A stretch of 22,726 nucleotides of DNA, taken from IMG/VR virus record IMGVR_UViG_2548877009_000014; one strand, 5' to 3'. Below, one piece after another: positions 1-8,503 of the stretch (the stretch's first letter is position 1; the number at the start of each line of letters is the position of its first letter). This DNA is from a virus. Taxonomy: Duplodnaviria; Heunggongvirae; Uroviricota; Caudoviricetes. The notes beneath the pieces were generated by a model that was given only the letters and a program-made list of their open reading frames with translations, had not been told where the DNA came from and did no database searches. The translations under genes and the position numbers were made by a program.

Positions 1-1158
1 ATGCTCACCGTTAAGCAGATTGAAGCAGCAAAGCCGAAAGAAAAACCATACCGCCTTCTCGATGGTAATGGTCTGTACCTTTATGTGCCTGTATCCGGGA
101 AAAAGGTATGGCAGCTTCGCTACAAGATTGGCGGTAAGGAGAAAATCCTGACCGTCGGAAAATATCCGCTTATGACTTTGCAGGAGGCAAGGGGTAAAGC
201 ATGGACTGCGAGGAAAGATATCTCGGTTGGCATCGATCCGGTAAAGGCGAAAAAGGCTTCGTCTAACAACAATTCCTTTAGTGCGATTTACAAGGAATGG
301 TACGATCACAAGAAGCAAGTATGGTCAGTAGGGTATGCGACTGAACTTGCAAAAATGTTTGATGACGACATTTTACCCATCATCGGCAGCCTTGAAATTC
401 AGGATATTGAGCCGATGCAACTGCTGGAAGTAATCCGCAGATTTGAAGATCGCGGTGCAATGGAGCGAGCCAACAAAGCCCGCAGAAGATGCGGCGAGGT
501 TTTCCGTTACGCTATTGTCACCGGAAGGGCTAAATATAACCCGGCACCTGACCTTGCAGACGCCATGAAAGGATACCGCAAGAAGAACTTCCCGTTTTTA
601 CCTGCAGACCAGATCCCGGCATTCAACAAAGCACTTGCAACATTTTCAGGAAGTATCGTATCGCTCATTGCGACAAAAGTTTTACGCTACACAGCCCTAA
701 GAACGAAAGAGCTTCGTTCCATGCTATGGAAGAACGTCGATTTTGAAAACAGGATTATCACCATCGACGCCAGTGTGATGAAGGGTCGCAAAATTCATGT
801 GGTTCCTATGTCAGACCAGGTAGTTGAACTTCTCACTACGCTAAGCTCTATCACCAAACCAGTATCAGAGTTTGTTTTTGCCGGGCGCAACGATAAGAAA
901 AAGCCAATCTGCGAGAACGCGGTGCTACTTGTGATCAAACAAATCGGCTATGAGGGTCTGGAAAGCGGTCACGGATTCAGGCATGAATTCAGCACGATTA
1001 TGAACGAGCACGAATGGCCTGCAGACGCCATTGAAATGCAACTGGCACATGCCAACGGCGGATCTGTGCGCGGGATTTACAACCATGCTCAGTATCTCGA
1101 TAAGCGCAGAGAAATGATGCAATGGTGGGCGGATTGGATCGATGAAAAGGTGGTGTGA
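1..1158 (+). CDS. int: Tyrosine integrase, P4/CP4-57 type; probably complete, but the start coincides with the window edge
   Basis: 385-aa ORF. N-terminus MLTVKQIEAAKPKEKPYRLLDGNGLYLYV matches the conserved N-terminal arm-binding motif of P4-family integrases; C-terminal region (HGFRHEFSTIMNE ... VRGIYNHAQY) is consistent with a tyrosine-recombinase catalytic domain. TGA at 1156-1158. Confidence 0.9.
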   Translation: MLTVKQIEAAKPKEKPYRLLDGNGLYLYVPVSGKKVWQLRYKIGGKEKILTVGKYPLMTLQEARGKAWTARKDISVGIDPVKAKKASSNNNSFSAIYKEWYDHKKQVWSVGYATELAKMFDDDILPIIGSLEIQDIEPMQLLEVIRRFEDRGAMERANKARRRCGEVFRYAIVTGRAKYNPAPDLADAMKGYRKKNFPFLPADQIPAFNKALATFSGSIVSLIATKVLRYTALRTKELRSMLWKNVDFENRIITIDASVMKGRKIHVVPMSDQVVELLTTLSSITKPVSEFVFAGRNDKKKPICENAVLLVIKQIGYEGLESGHGFRHEFSTIMNEHEWPADAIEMQLAHANGGSVRGIYNHAQYLDKRREMMQWWADWIDEKVV

Positions 1159-1220
1159 TCCACCTATATCGCCGTACAATTATCCAACTCACATAATATG
1201 GCGAGAGTAAAGCCTTTAGG

Positions 1221-1251
1221 TTGGTTGTTTTTTTGGGTTTATTCATATAAT
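1221..1251 (+). promoter_or_regulatory. Candidate sigma70 promoter for the cargo gene (TTGTTT-like -35, TATAAT at 1246-1251)
   Basis: Perfect TATAAT hexamer at 1246-1251 with a TTG-containing hexamer upstream, in AT-rich DNA about 100 bp before the 1352 ATG. AT-rich DNA produces such matches by chance. Confidence 0.2.
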
Positions 1252-1351
1252 ATTCTATATGTACGACAATTAAATTTATCTAATATTTAATTGCAATTTA
1301 AAAAATAACAAACTCACATTATACACTATAAAACAACATAAGGATTATGAC

Positions 1352-1939
1352 ATGTTGGTAGATAAGATATTGCACAAAACTGGATTATTTGACTTTCTGG
1401 ACAAAATTTTAATAACCCGTCCTTTCGCTATTGTATCCAATAACTGCTGGGGCTATAGACTATATAAAAATATAGGACTTGAATATAATACTCCCTTTAT
1501 CGGCCTGTACATCACAGCATCTGATTTTGTTGAAATGTGTATTAATTTGGAGCATTTTTTATCAAGAGACATTGTTGAAAGCGATTTCATTAATACAGAG
1601 CATAATTTCCCCGTTGCATTTGTGGATGGAGTAAAAATATACTTTATGCATTATAACTCAAGGGCAGAAGCCATGGATAAATGGAATAGAAGAATAAAAA
1701 GACTTCAATCTTTTATATCATCACATGGCCTTGATAGAGTTGTTTTTAAAATGTGTGATAGAGATGGAAGTTACATGGATGTAATGAAATTTAATGAGTT
1801 AAAAATAAAAAGAACGATATCTTTCACCTCGAAAGAAAACAAAGGACTCGTTGAGAGCAATGGTAATATTTACCCGGGAGATGTATTGTTCAACTTCAGA
1901 CACAGATATTATCTCAAGTATATCAAAACATTTAGATAA
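1352..1939 (+). CDS. Hypothetical cytoplasmic protein on an AT-rich moron; tentatively DUF1919-like (SNNCWG motif), a family associated with polysaccharide biosynthesis loci
   Basis: 195-aa ORF with AGGA ribosome-binding site about 7 nt upstream of the ATG. Markedly AT-rich versus flanking phage genes. No transmembrane segment evident. Motifs IVSNNCWGYRLY, NTPFIGLY and HYNSRAEAMDKWNRR recall DUF1919 from memory. Confidence 0.75.
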   Translation: MLVDKILHKTGLFDFLDKILITRPFAIVSNNCWGYRLYKNIGLEYNTPFIGLYITASDFVEMCINLEHFLSRDIVESDFINTEHNFPVAFVDGVKIYFMHYNSRAEAMDKWNRRIKRLQSFISSHGLDRVVFKMCDRDGSYMDVMKFNELKIKRTISFTSKENKGLVESNGNIYPGDVLFNFRHRYYLKYIKTFR

Positions 1940-1988
1940 CCACTCGACAAGAATATCTAAAGGAAATTATCAGTAGTATTAAAGATTT

Positions 1989-2027
1989 AGTGTCATTCAG
2001 GTAAAAGACTTAAAAAAGAATGACACT
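1989..2027. repeat. Perfect 10-bp inverted repeat (AGTGTCATTC ... GAATGACACT) with 19-nt spacer, 50 bp downstream of the cargo gene
   Basis: Arms at 1989-1998 and 2018-2027 read directly from the sequence. No U-tract after it on the + strand, so not a canonical intrinsic terminator; could be a weak terminator or a protein-binding site. Confidence 0.3.
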
Positions 2028-2340
2028 TGTCTCAATCCTTTAGTTTCGATAAAGCAATCTGGTCCAACCTAACTCTCACGAGTAAAGATAGTATCTCGAC
2101 ACTATCGAGTCAGGTGTCTGGAAATTCAGAAAGATGACCAAAGCAAAATATGCCTTCCAGAATGTGAAGGCAGTCTATTGAAGCTACTTACTGATGAATA
2201 TGCAAGAAAGATAGCCAATGGCACTTCAAAGCTGAAATTTAACATTGTCGTAATTAGCCATTTACTTTGAAGAATGACTGAATAATGTGATGAATCTGCA
2301 GAATTTTTAACGTGGCATAACATTCTGAATGCCTTCGATA

Positions 2341-2508
2341 TCAACTGGCTGCCACCTCCGGTGGAGGCGTAAATTCGCCGCTATTGTATATATAGCCACG
2401 CTGAGTGTCAGGAGGGCATTCAACCCAGATTAACGAGTCATGATATCTACCCGTTGGGTCTATATCAGTTAACTCCATTACCACGTTGTTTTCAATTCGT
2501 GCCCACAT
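2341..2508 (-). pseudogene. 55-aa ORF translationally coupled to the tail fibre gene; probable truncated remnant of a tail-fibre assembly chaperone (P2 gpG / Mu U-like)
   Basis: ATG at 2508 lies 11 nt after the tail fibre stop with a GAGGT ribosome-binding site. Translation MWARIENNVVMELTDIDPTG...WVECPPD resembles an internal segment of gpG-type chaperones (from memory). The ORF stops exactly where GC-rich phage DNA gives way to AT-rich DNA. Confidence 0.35.
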
Positions 2509-2518
2509 AATTTATACC

Positions 2519-3442
2519 TCACCAATAAATAATTACAATCCCGCTATGACCAGCACCAGTAACTCCGCCAGTCTTTTTCGTTGCCAACCCAGCGCCACCA
2601 CCGCCAGGACCTTTTGCATTACTGCCAACATTCCCCGCCGAATCTAAAACCTGTCCATGCCCGCCAGGACCACCGCCACTACCTCCGACAGCCGAATCAG
2701 TGCCTGCTATCATTGATGCACCAGGAGAGCCTGGGCCAAGAGACGTATTTATCTGCCCCCCCACACCTTCTCCCCCCACTCCTCCGGATATCTGACCTCC
2801 ACCATATCCGCCTGTTGCCGAGAGATATGTGCCAAAACTACTGGTGCCACCAGGATTTCCGTTTCTTGCTGACGTATTTTGACCTTTTCCACCACTGCCT
2901 ACAGTGATTGTGACGGTGTCAATACCTGTTAAGTCAATGACGGACTCGCTCACACCACCGCCGCCACCGCCGCCGCCACCGGCAGCGTTCGTTGAGCTTA
3001 TCGACGGGTAACCGCCAGACCCGCCACCGCCGATAACCTTCACCCTGACGCGTCGGCCCTTTTTCACTATGTCAGGAACATTCCAGGTGCTGACGCCTGC
3101 ATTATCAAATACAGCGCAATTTTGAGCGCCAAATGTGGCTTCTCCCAAACCAAGGTTTTCGAGAGCCGTTTGCACAGTGCCATCCGATTTGATATCGCCA
3201 AACGGATTCTTGCGGCTTAACAGCAGCGCGCGAAGTGCGGTAAGCAACTGATCGTGCCGCCCCTTCTCCAGGCTGGCACCGGATGCCTCCACCACGCTGC
3301 AAAGCTCCTCCTGCAACATATCAAAGTAGTCATCATCCAGATCGGTGGCAGGTGTGCCAGTCTGGGGGTTACCACGGGTAAAACCGTTCTTACCCGCGCC
3401 GAACTTATCCTTCTGCGCGGTTTTCGTGTCTATACGATGCAT
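2519..3442 (-). CDS. Tail fibre protein with conserved N-terminal baseplate-attachment domain and glycine-rich C-terminal region; unusually short
   Basis: 307-aa ORF. N-terminus [47 protein letters not shown] is a conserved enterobacterial prophage tail-fibre N-domain; the remainder is Gly-rich low complexity. GGAG ribosome-binding site 8 nt upstream. Position is last in the Mu-like baseplate operon. Confidence 0.8.
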   Translation of the reverse strand: MHRIDTKTAQKDKFGAGKNGFTRGNPQTGTPATDLDDDYFDMLQEELCSVVEASGASLEKGRHDQLLTALRALLLSRKNPFGDIKSDGTVQTALENLGLGEATFGAQNCAVFDNAGVSTWNVPDIVKKGRRVRVKVIGGGGSGGYPSISSTNAAGGGGGGGGGVSESVIDLTGIDTVTITVGSGGKGQNTSARNGNPGGTSSFGTYLSATGGYGGGQISGGVGGEGVGGQINTSLGPGSPGASMIAGTDSAVGGSGGGPGGHGQVLDSAGNVGSNAKGPGGGGAGLATKKTGGVTGAGHSGIVIIYW

Positions 3443-3445
3443 GGA

Positions 3446-4030
3446 TTACTCCGGATATTTAAAAATTACGTAGGTATGCGACGGGCAGAGTTTGTTAAGC
3501 ACACATTCGACAACGGTGTCGCCCCAGATACGCAGCGCGGAATCACAGGGATCGCCACATGTCATCCAGGTGGTGTTTGTGGCGGCTGGCATGTTGACCT
3601 GCCAGTAATACCGCCATTCCGGCGCATTCACCGCGTCAGTACAGGCCGATGAGCAGGTGAACGTGCTTTTGTCGTATCGCGTGATGGTAGCGTCTGGTCT
3701 GCCCAGGGCAGCAAGCTGTGCAAGATAAAAATTCTCGTTGATGCCGCCCGCCAGGTTAACCTTCGCATCCAGCCGTTGCTGACGCTGGCGAAGGGTCTGT
3801 GTCCCTGCGGGAATACATTCATCCGGCAGACCGCACAGACGCTCCCAGCGGTTTATCAGTTCAGTGGTGGTGCGCGGATCCAGCTCCCGCATCAGGGCAT
3901 CCGCACGCTGATGAACGCGGGTTAATGACGGTGCCGCACCGGCAATCGCCGGATCGCTGGCTGACCACGCCGGACCGGGGGGCAACAGTGCCGACAACAG
4001 ACGGATGTAATCATCGTTTGTCACGTCCAT
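3446..4030 (-). CDS. Tail/baseplate protein, Mu gp48-like (DUF2313 / YmfQ-like)
   Basis: 194-aa ORF; position between the baseplate J-like gene and the tail fibre; start overlaps the upstream gene; sequence recalls the YmfQ/gp48 family. Confidence 0.8.
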   Translation of the reverse strand: MDVTNDDYIRLLSALLPPGPAWSASDPAIAGAAPSLTRVHQRADALMRELDPRTTTELINRWERLCGLPDECIPAGTQTLRQRQQRLDAKVNLAGGINENFYLAQLAALGRPDATITRYDKSTFTCSSACTDAVNAPEWRYYWQVNMPAATNTTWMTCGDPCDSALRIWGDTVVECVLNKLCPSHTYVIFKYPE

Positions 4031-5079
4031 GAAATCGTCCCCAGTACCGCCAGTTCATTTTTTGCAATGGAGATATTGTCTGCCGGTGCAAGCAACTGAT
4101 GGCTGTATTCCCCGTTCGCACCGGAAATCGCCTCACTGATACGCGATACCTTCAGTTCTCCCTGCGGATAACCATCACGCAGCAGGAACGAACGCAACTC
4201 CGCGGTGATGGCAGCCCGTATTTCCGGTGTGTCCGGCGTCACGCGGATATGAAAATCCACCGTATGTGCCACCGGCCTGAACACATACAAATCAGAGCCT
4301 GCCACCGGGGCCAGTGGCCCGATATGTTGTCTTGCCGCCGTTTCCGTTGATTCTTCCGGAATGGGATTAATCAGGTCACTGCTGGCAATCATCACACCGA
4401 CAGTTCCCGTTCCCATCCAGTGACGGTATGTCCATGCGCGGGTAATGCCGGGCACTTCTTTAGCCCATACGACATAGTCCCCGTCAGCCCCGCCCTGCGG
4501 CGTCCAGTAATACCGCTCAATGACGCGGGCGCGCCACGTTTCCAGCTCTTCAGTATCAAATCCGCCTGTCAGGGTGTCAGCCACACCGGAAGACGGCAGA
4601 CCATTCACCGGCGTGACCAGGATTAATGCCGTACCGTCGTCAGCGTTACCGACCGCGCCTGCATTTGAGCAGGCGATCGGCACGCGCAGGACACCACCGG
4701 AGCTGGTTGCATCGGCAGTTGCAGTATACTGAACCAGGTCATCGCGCTGAATAACACTCCCGGCGGTCACCTTCAGGCCATCGCTGACACCTTCCCAGCG
4801 CATATACCCGCTGGCAGCCGTGGCCCCCTTGCGCGGACACCGTTTCATCGCAGCATGTCGCGCCAGCCAGGACTCATCGCACAGGTCAGGCAGCATGTTC
4901 ATTGCCAGATAATCGATGTACCCGTAAACCGTATGCAGCGCCGCCGCATACACCTTTGCCCGCACGTCTTCATCCATGCGCCGGAGCGTGTCGCTGACGT
5001 CCAGCCTGGCGAATAAATCGTTACGGAGCATACTGATATTTTCAGCCAGCGTCGGGCGCTGAAATTCACTGTCCGCCAT
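4021..5079 (-). CDS. Baseplate J-like protein (Mu gp47 homologue)
   Basis: 352-aa ORF overlapping its neighbours; typical size and position for baseplate J-family wedge proteins in Mu-like tails. Confidence 0.85.
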   Translation of the reverse strand: MADSEFQRPTLAENISMLRNDLFARLDVSDTLRRMDEDVRAKVYAAALHTVYGYIDYLAMNMLPDLCDESWLARHAAMKRCPRKGATAASGYMRWEGVSDGLKVTAGSVIQRDDLVQYTATADATSSGGVLRVPIACSNAGAVGNADDGTALILVTPVNGLPSSGVADTLTGGFDTEELETWRARVIERYYWTPQGGADGDYVVWAKEVPGITRAWTYRHWMGTGTVGVMIASSDLINPIPEESTETAARQHIGPLAPVAGSDLYVFRPVAHTVDFHIRVTPDTPEIRAAITAELRSFLLRDGYPQGELKVSRISEAISGANGEYSHQLLAPADNISIAKNELAVLGTISWT

Positions 5080-5494
5080 GCGTTATCGCACTCCACAGAT
5101 CATCAAAAGAAATCATTACCGGTCCGTCACGACGCCAGAGAGTGATACTGTTACCCAGTTCATTAATCCCGGTGCGGCGGATATCCAGATCAATACGGGA
5201 CACCACGCCGTCATCAATCATCCATTGCAGGCATTCGCGGATATACCCCCTTACCGTCAGCACCAGCTGATTGGTCAGTTTGCTGCGCTGAAGCAGCCAC
5301 AGTCGGGAGCCGTAACGGTCATTCTGTACCGCAGGCCAGGTATCCCCCCACCATCCCATCGGGACGTCGGCGTTGTCATCAGGCTCCGCCCGCCGCCAGG
5401 TAAACAGGGAAATCACCACGGCGCGGGTCAGCGGATCCAGCGGTGCGCTGGCGCAGGTGCGTTTACCGTTCACCGTCAGCCACAGTTCCATCAT
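5066..5494 (-). CDS. Baseplate protein, Mu gp46-like
   Basis: 142-aa ORF with 4-nt overlap to the upstream gene and 14-nt overlap to the downstream gene; gene order matches the Mu gp45-gp46-gp47 block. Confidence 0.8.
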   Translation of the reverse strand: MMELWLTVNGKRTCASAPLDPLTRAVVISLFTWRRAEPDDNADVPMGWWGDTWPAVQNDRYGSRLWLLQRSKLTNQLVLTVRGYIRECLQWMIDDGVVSRIDLDIRRTGINELGNSITLWRRDGPVMISFDDLWSAITHGGQ

Positions 5495-6039
5495 GCCTCC
5501 ATCGCTTTATCAGGTTTGTCGGTGTTACTGCCCTGACCGTTCTCTCTGTGACGATGCCCGTTATAGGCAAGCCGCATCGCTGACATGGTGGTGCCGCTGG
5601 AGTCGCACAGGTCTTTCACCTGTCCTGTCACTTCCAGGTCCATTTCAAAACGTGCTTTAGGTGAATTGCGAAACGTGATCGTTTTACCTGCACCGTCCAC
5701 CACGATCCCCTCCCGGGTCAGCGTCACGGACTGCCCCTGATCGTCATAGACAGCCACCTCACCCGTCTGCAGCCCTTTCAGGCGGTAGCGCCGGTCCGAC
5801 ACCGTAACAACCACCGCATGAGAACGGTCACCATCCGGAAACAACACCACCGCTTCCGCACCGCTGTTTGCCCTTGCGGTAAAACCGTAGGGTTCAAGAT
5901 GTTCAACCCCGGCTTTGGGTTCACCGGCAATCAGGGATACATCCACGGTCTGACATTTCGTGGCGGCACTGATGCTTTTCACCACCGCCCGCCCAATCAG
6001 GCCGAGGAGTTGTCGCTGTATGGTTTCAATCGCCTTCAT
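5491..6039 (-). CDS. Baseplate assembly / spike protein (Mu gp45, gpV-like)
   Basis: 182-aa ORF; size, position and overlap pattern fit the baseplate V family. Confidence 0.8.
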   Translation of the reverse strand: MKAIETIQRQLLGLIGRAVVKSISAATKCQTVDVSLIAGEPKAGVEHLEPYGFTARANSGAEAVVLFPDGDRSHAVVVTVSDRRYRLKGLQTGEVAVYDDQGQSVTLTREGIVVDGAGKTITFRNSPKARFEMDLEVTGQVKDLCDSSGTTMSAMRLAYNGHRHRENGQGSNTDKPDKAMEA

Positions 6040-7118
6040 CAGAACGGGTCCTCCTGTACTCTGGCTTTTTTCTTTTTCCGCGCGCCGGGGGCTTCGGGTT
6101 CAGGCAGATAAGCATCAGGTGGGCCGACACGGATTTCCGTCAGGGTGCCATTCTGGTCCTGAGTAAACGTGACTTCCGAGACAAGCAGTTCGGTATTGTC
6201 GAAACCACAGACCGGATCGAAGACAATCACCCGCTGGTTGGGCTGCCACAGCGTACCGTTACCCTGTCGCCAGCCCTGCACCACATAGGTGGTTTCATCC
6301 GTCCGCGCCGCCCGTTGTCGGGCTTCAAAGTCAGCACGCGCAATACAGCCTGCCCCCGTAGCCTGCCCTGTCTGCCTGATATACATCGGACGGTAACGGG
6401 CAATAAATGCATCCTCTGTGCGGGCCCGCAGCGCGGTGGTGGTGGCCTCACCGAAATCATCGTCGTTTCCGGCACGCTGCCCCGCCACCTGGTAAACTGA
6501 AAACCGCTCCCGGATACTCTTCTCCGTATCACAGGAAAGGATGTTTTCCCCAAGTACCAGCGCGGTATGTGCCCGCGTTGAGCCAATACCACCAATCACC
6601 AGCCTGCCGTGCGGGTCGTCATAAGCCAGCGCCTGCTGCTGACCGAGTATTTTGTTGATCACCTCGATCACCGTTTCACCGTGATCAGGCTGGACATCCG
6701 GAATAACACCCGACGGCGCATCGCTGTTCACCACCTCAATGCCGAAAGGCGCAGCAAGCGCCTGCGCAATCTGTACCAGCGATCGTCCGTTAAACTGTGT
6801 CGGTTCGGCTGCACAGTCAATCAGGTCAGCAGTCAGACTACGTCCGGCAATACCGGTGCTGACCGAACGGGCATCGTAACGAACGGGGGTCGCCTCCACC
6901 CAGCCGGTGATCACCAGCTCATCACCAATCAGCACTTCCACTTTTGAACCATTTTTAATGCGCGGCTGAAGCGTGGTGATACCCTCATCTCCCGGCCACT
7001 GGCGGGTGATCTCCACGCTGAAATCCCGCGCCAGCCGTTCAATACCGGCACCGATGCGCACCGATGTCCAGCCATTCCACTCCCGGCCATTTACCCGTAG
7101 CGTGACGTTATCGTTCAT
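6039..7118 (-). CDS. Baseplate hub protein, Mu gp44 / P2 gpD-like
   Basis: 359-aa ORF immediately downstream of the DNA circulation gene with ATGA overlap; size and position typical for gpD-family tail proteins. Confidence 0.8.
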   Translation of the reverse strand: MNDNVTLRVNGREWNGWTSVRIGAGIERLARDFSVEITRQWPGDEGITTLQPRIKNGSKVEVLIGDELVITGWVEATPVRYDARSVSTGIAGRSLTADLIDCAAEPTQFNGRSLVQIAQALAAPFGIEVVNSDAPSGVIPDVQPDHGETVIEVINKILGQQQALAYDDPHGRLVIGGIGSTRAHTALVLGENILSCDTEKSIRERFSVYQVAGQRAGNDDDFGEATTTALRARTEDAFIARYRPMYIRQTGQATGAGCIARADFEARQRAARTDETTYVVQGWRQGNGTLWQPNQRVIVFDPVCGFDNTELLVSEVTFTQDQNGTLTEIRVGPPDAYLPEPEAPGARKKKKARVQEDPF

Positions 7119-8443
7119 TGCACTGGCACCTTCAGAGGGATCACCGGCACAAAGCCGGGATGCGTAATGGCATTACGCCGGATAATGTCCGCGTCACGCG
7201 CCGCGTTATCAAACCAGGTCGCCGCCAGCACCAGTGCGGGTAAAACCTCATCCGGCGTGCGCTGAATGATCCGTGCAGACTGTTCAAGGCGCGTGTTGAT
7301 ATCCGCATTCAGATCTGCTTTCACCCGGCGCAGCGCCAGAAACAGCGCATCACTGGTTGTGCGGGACAACTCCTTATCAATTGCCGTATTCAGTGTGTAG
7401 CGAATGTCAGTCAGTTCTTCCCACGTCGGCAGGTCAACCGTGCTTTTCACCGCCGGTGCATTGTTCAGTGCCGGATGCGTGACGGAAGGCCAGCCAGTGC
7501 TCTGCGCGGGTGTTGTTGCCTGCCCCACTGCGGCATTCTGCATCACCGCGGAAGTTGTTGGCGCAGGCAATCGGGTGACGGCATACGCCGCTTCGCTGAT
7601 TGCGGTCGTACGAAGGATGCTGGCAACCACGTTACGCTGCTGCGTCGCCGTAGCGGTGGTTTTACTGTCCGTTTTCCAGACGCCGCGCGGTTGCAGATCG
7701 CTGCCGAGGCTGACACCGGAAAGCGTTTTGATCATGGTGACCAGGTCGCTGGCGTTACCATAAAGGCGTTTCCCGGTACGCCACATTTTCTGCACCTGTT
7801 CAACGAAATTTTTGCCTGACGATGGCGGCGGCAGAAGTACCGAGATATCCCCCTGCAACAGCCTGGCGGCATCCGATACGGCAGAATCCACCACTTTCAT
7901 CGCATCAGAAACATACCCAAGCATTGTGCCGGCATTACCGACGACGTCGTTCTGCACAAAATCTGCCACGCCATCGATACTGAAACCACTGAAACTTTCA
8001 CTGATGCAGTCATCCAGTGCAGAACAGGATGACATCAGCGTCTGCGCCGTCGCCGCACCTGATGTGGGGTAAGAGAGTTCTCCCGCTTCGACAAACTTCA
8101 GGTCAAAGCGGACAATACGCCCTTCACTTTTCGATGTGCTGACCCGAACTTCCCCGTCAACACAGACTTTCAGCTCACCATATGTCGGGTGGACAAGCGT
8201 GCCGGGACCGGGTTTATTCAGCGCTTCAATCAGGCGATCGCGCTGGTCAAAGCAGTCATCTCCCACCACATAAGCTGTGATGGACGGGCGGAAAGTGACT
8301 TTTCCCAGATCTTCGGTATAGGGTTTGTCGCGGTTCGGATATTCGTGTGTTTCCACACGACGGCCGGTTCCCGCACTTTCTTCTTCAACCTTAAACGGCA
8401 CACCTCGAAATGACGCATCCTGAAGCCTGTCTTTCCACGTCAT
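7115..8443 (-). CDS. DNA circulation protein (Mu gp43 / N-like)
   Basis: The ORF track begins at 8485, but the start is more likely the ATG at 8443 (MTWKDRLQDASFRGVPFKVEEE...) with GGAG 5 nt upstream. The 8444-8485 extension overlaps a terminator hairpin. N-terminus is typical of the DNA-circulation family. Confidence 0.85.
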   Translation of the reverse strand: MTWKDRLQDASFRGVPFKVEEESAGTGRRVETHEYPNRDKPYTEDLGKVTFRPSITAYVVGDDCFDQRDRLIEALNKPGPGTLVHPTYGELKVCVDGEVRVSTSKSEGRIVRFDLKFVEAGELSYPTSGAATAQTLMSSCSALDDCISESFSGFSIDGVADFVQNDVVGNAGTMLGYVSDAMKVVDSAVSDAARLLQGDISVLLPPPSSGKNFVEQVQKMWRTGKRLYGNASDLVTMIKTLSGVSLGSDLQPRGVWKTDSKTTATATQQRNVVASILRTTAISEAAYAVTRLPAPTTSAVMQNAAVGQATTPAQSTGWPSVTHPALNNAPAVKSTVDLPTWEELTDIRYTLNTAIDKELSRTTSDALFLALRRVKADLNADINTRLEQSARIIQRTPDEVLPALVLAATWFDNAARDADIIRRNAITHPGFVPVIPLKVPVQ

Positions 8444-8458
8444 ATAAACTCCGGATAT

Positions 8459-8480
8459 AAAAAAGCCCACCGAAGTGGGA
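8459..8480 (-). terminator. Intrinsic terminator or attenuator between tape measure and DNA circulation genes (5-bp GC stem, UUCG tetraloop, U6 tract on the - strand)
   Basis: - strand reads CCCAC-TTCG-GTGGG-C-TTTTTT immediately after the tape-measure stop; read directly from the sequence. Confidence 0.5.
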
Positions 8481-8503
8481 CTCATTAACAGATTAATTTT
8501 TCA

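Noticed and set aside
925-1246. Two - strand ORFs (84 and 82 aa) antisense to the 3' end of the integrase
   Set aside because: Antisense to a clearly conserved integrase domain; no start context; likely spurious.
1159-1351. Possible attP / tRNA 3'-end fragment immediately downstream of the integrase
   Set aside because: No tRNA-like 3' end (no TTCGA T-loop motif or acceptor-stem/CCA pattern) seen; the attachment site is more likely upstream of int, outside the window.
2126-2344. 72-aa - strand ORF in the AT-rich island
   Set aside because: No ribosome-binding site, begins inside the stop region of the chaperone remnant, and AT-rich DNA produces frequent stops so this is a short chance frame; no recognisable motif.
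2581-2907. 108-aa + strand ORF antisense to the tail fibre gene
   Set aside because: Lies entirely inside the Gly-rich fibre coding region on the opposite strand; translation is Pro/His/Leu-rich low complexity, as expected for the antisense frame of (GGN)n-rich DNA; no ribosome-binding site.
2700-3000. Gly-rich fibre region as a collagen-like triple-helix repeat
   Set aside because: No regular G-X-Y periodicity; glycines occur in irregular runs, so this is low-complexity Gly-rich sequence rather than a collagen repeat.
8444-8485. N-terminal extension of the DNA circulation ORF (track start at 8485)
   Set aside because: The extension overlaps the terminator hairpin and lacks a ribosome-binding site, whereas the ATG at 8443 has GGAG upstream and gives the expected family N-terminus.
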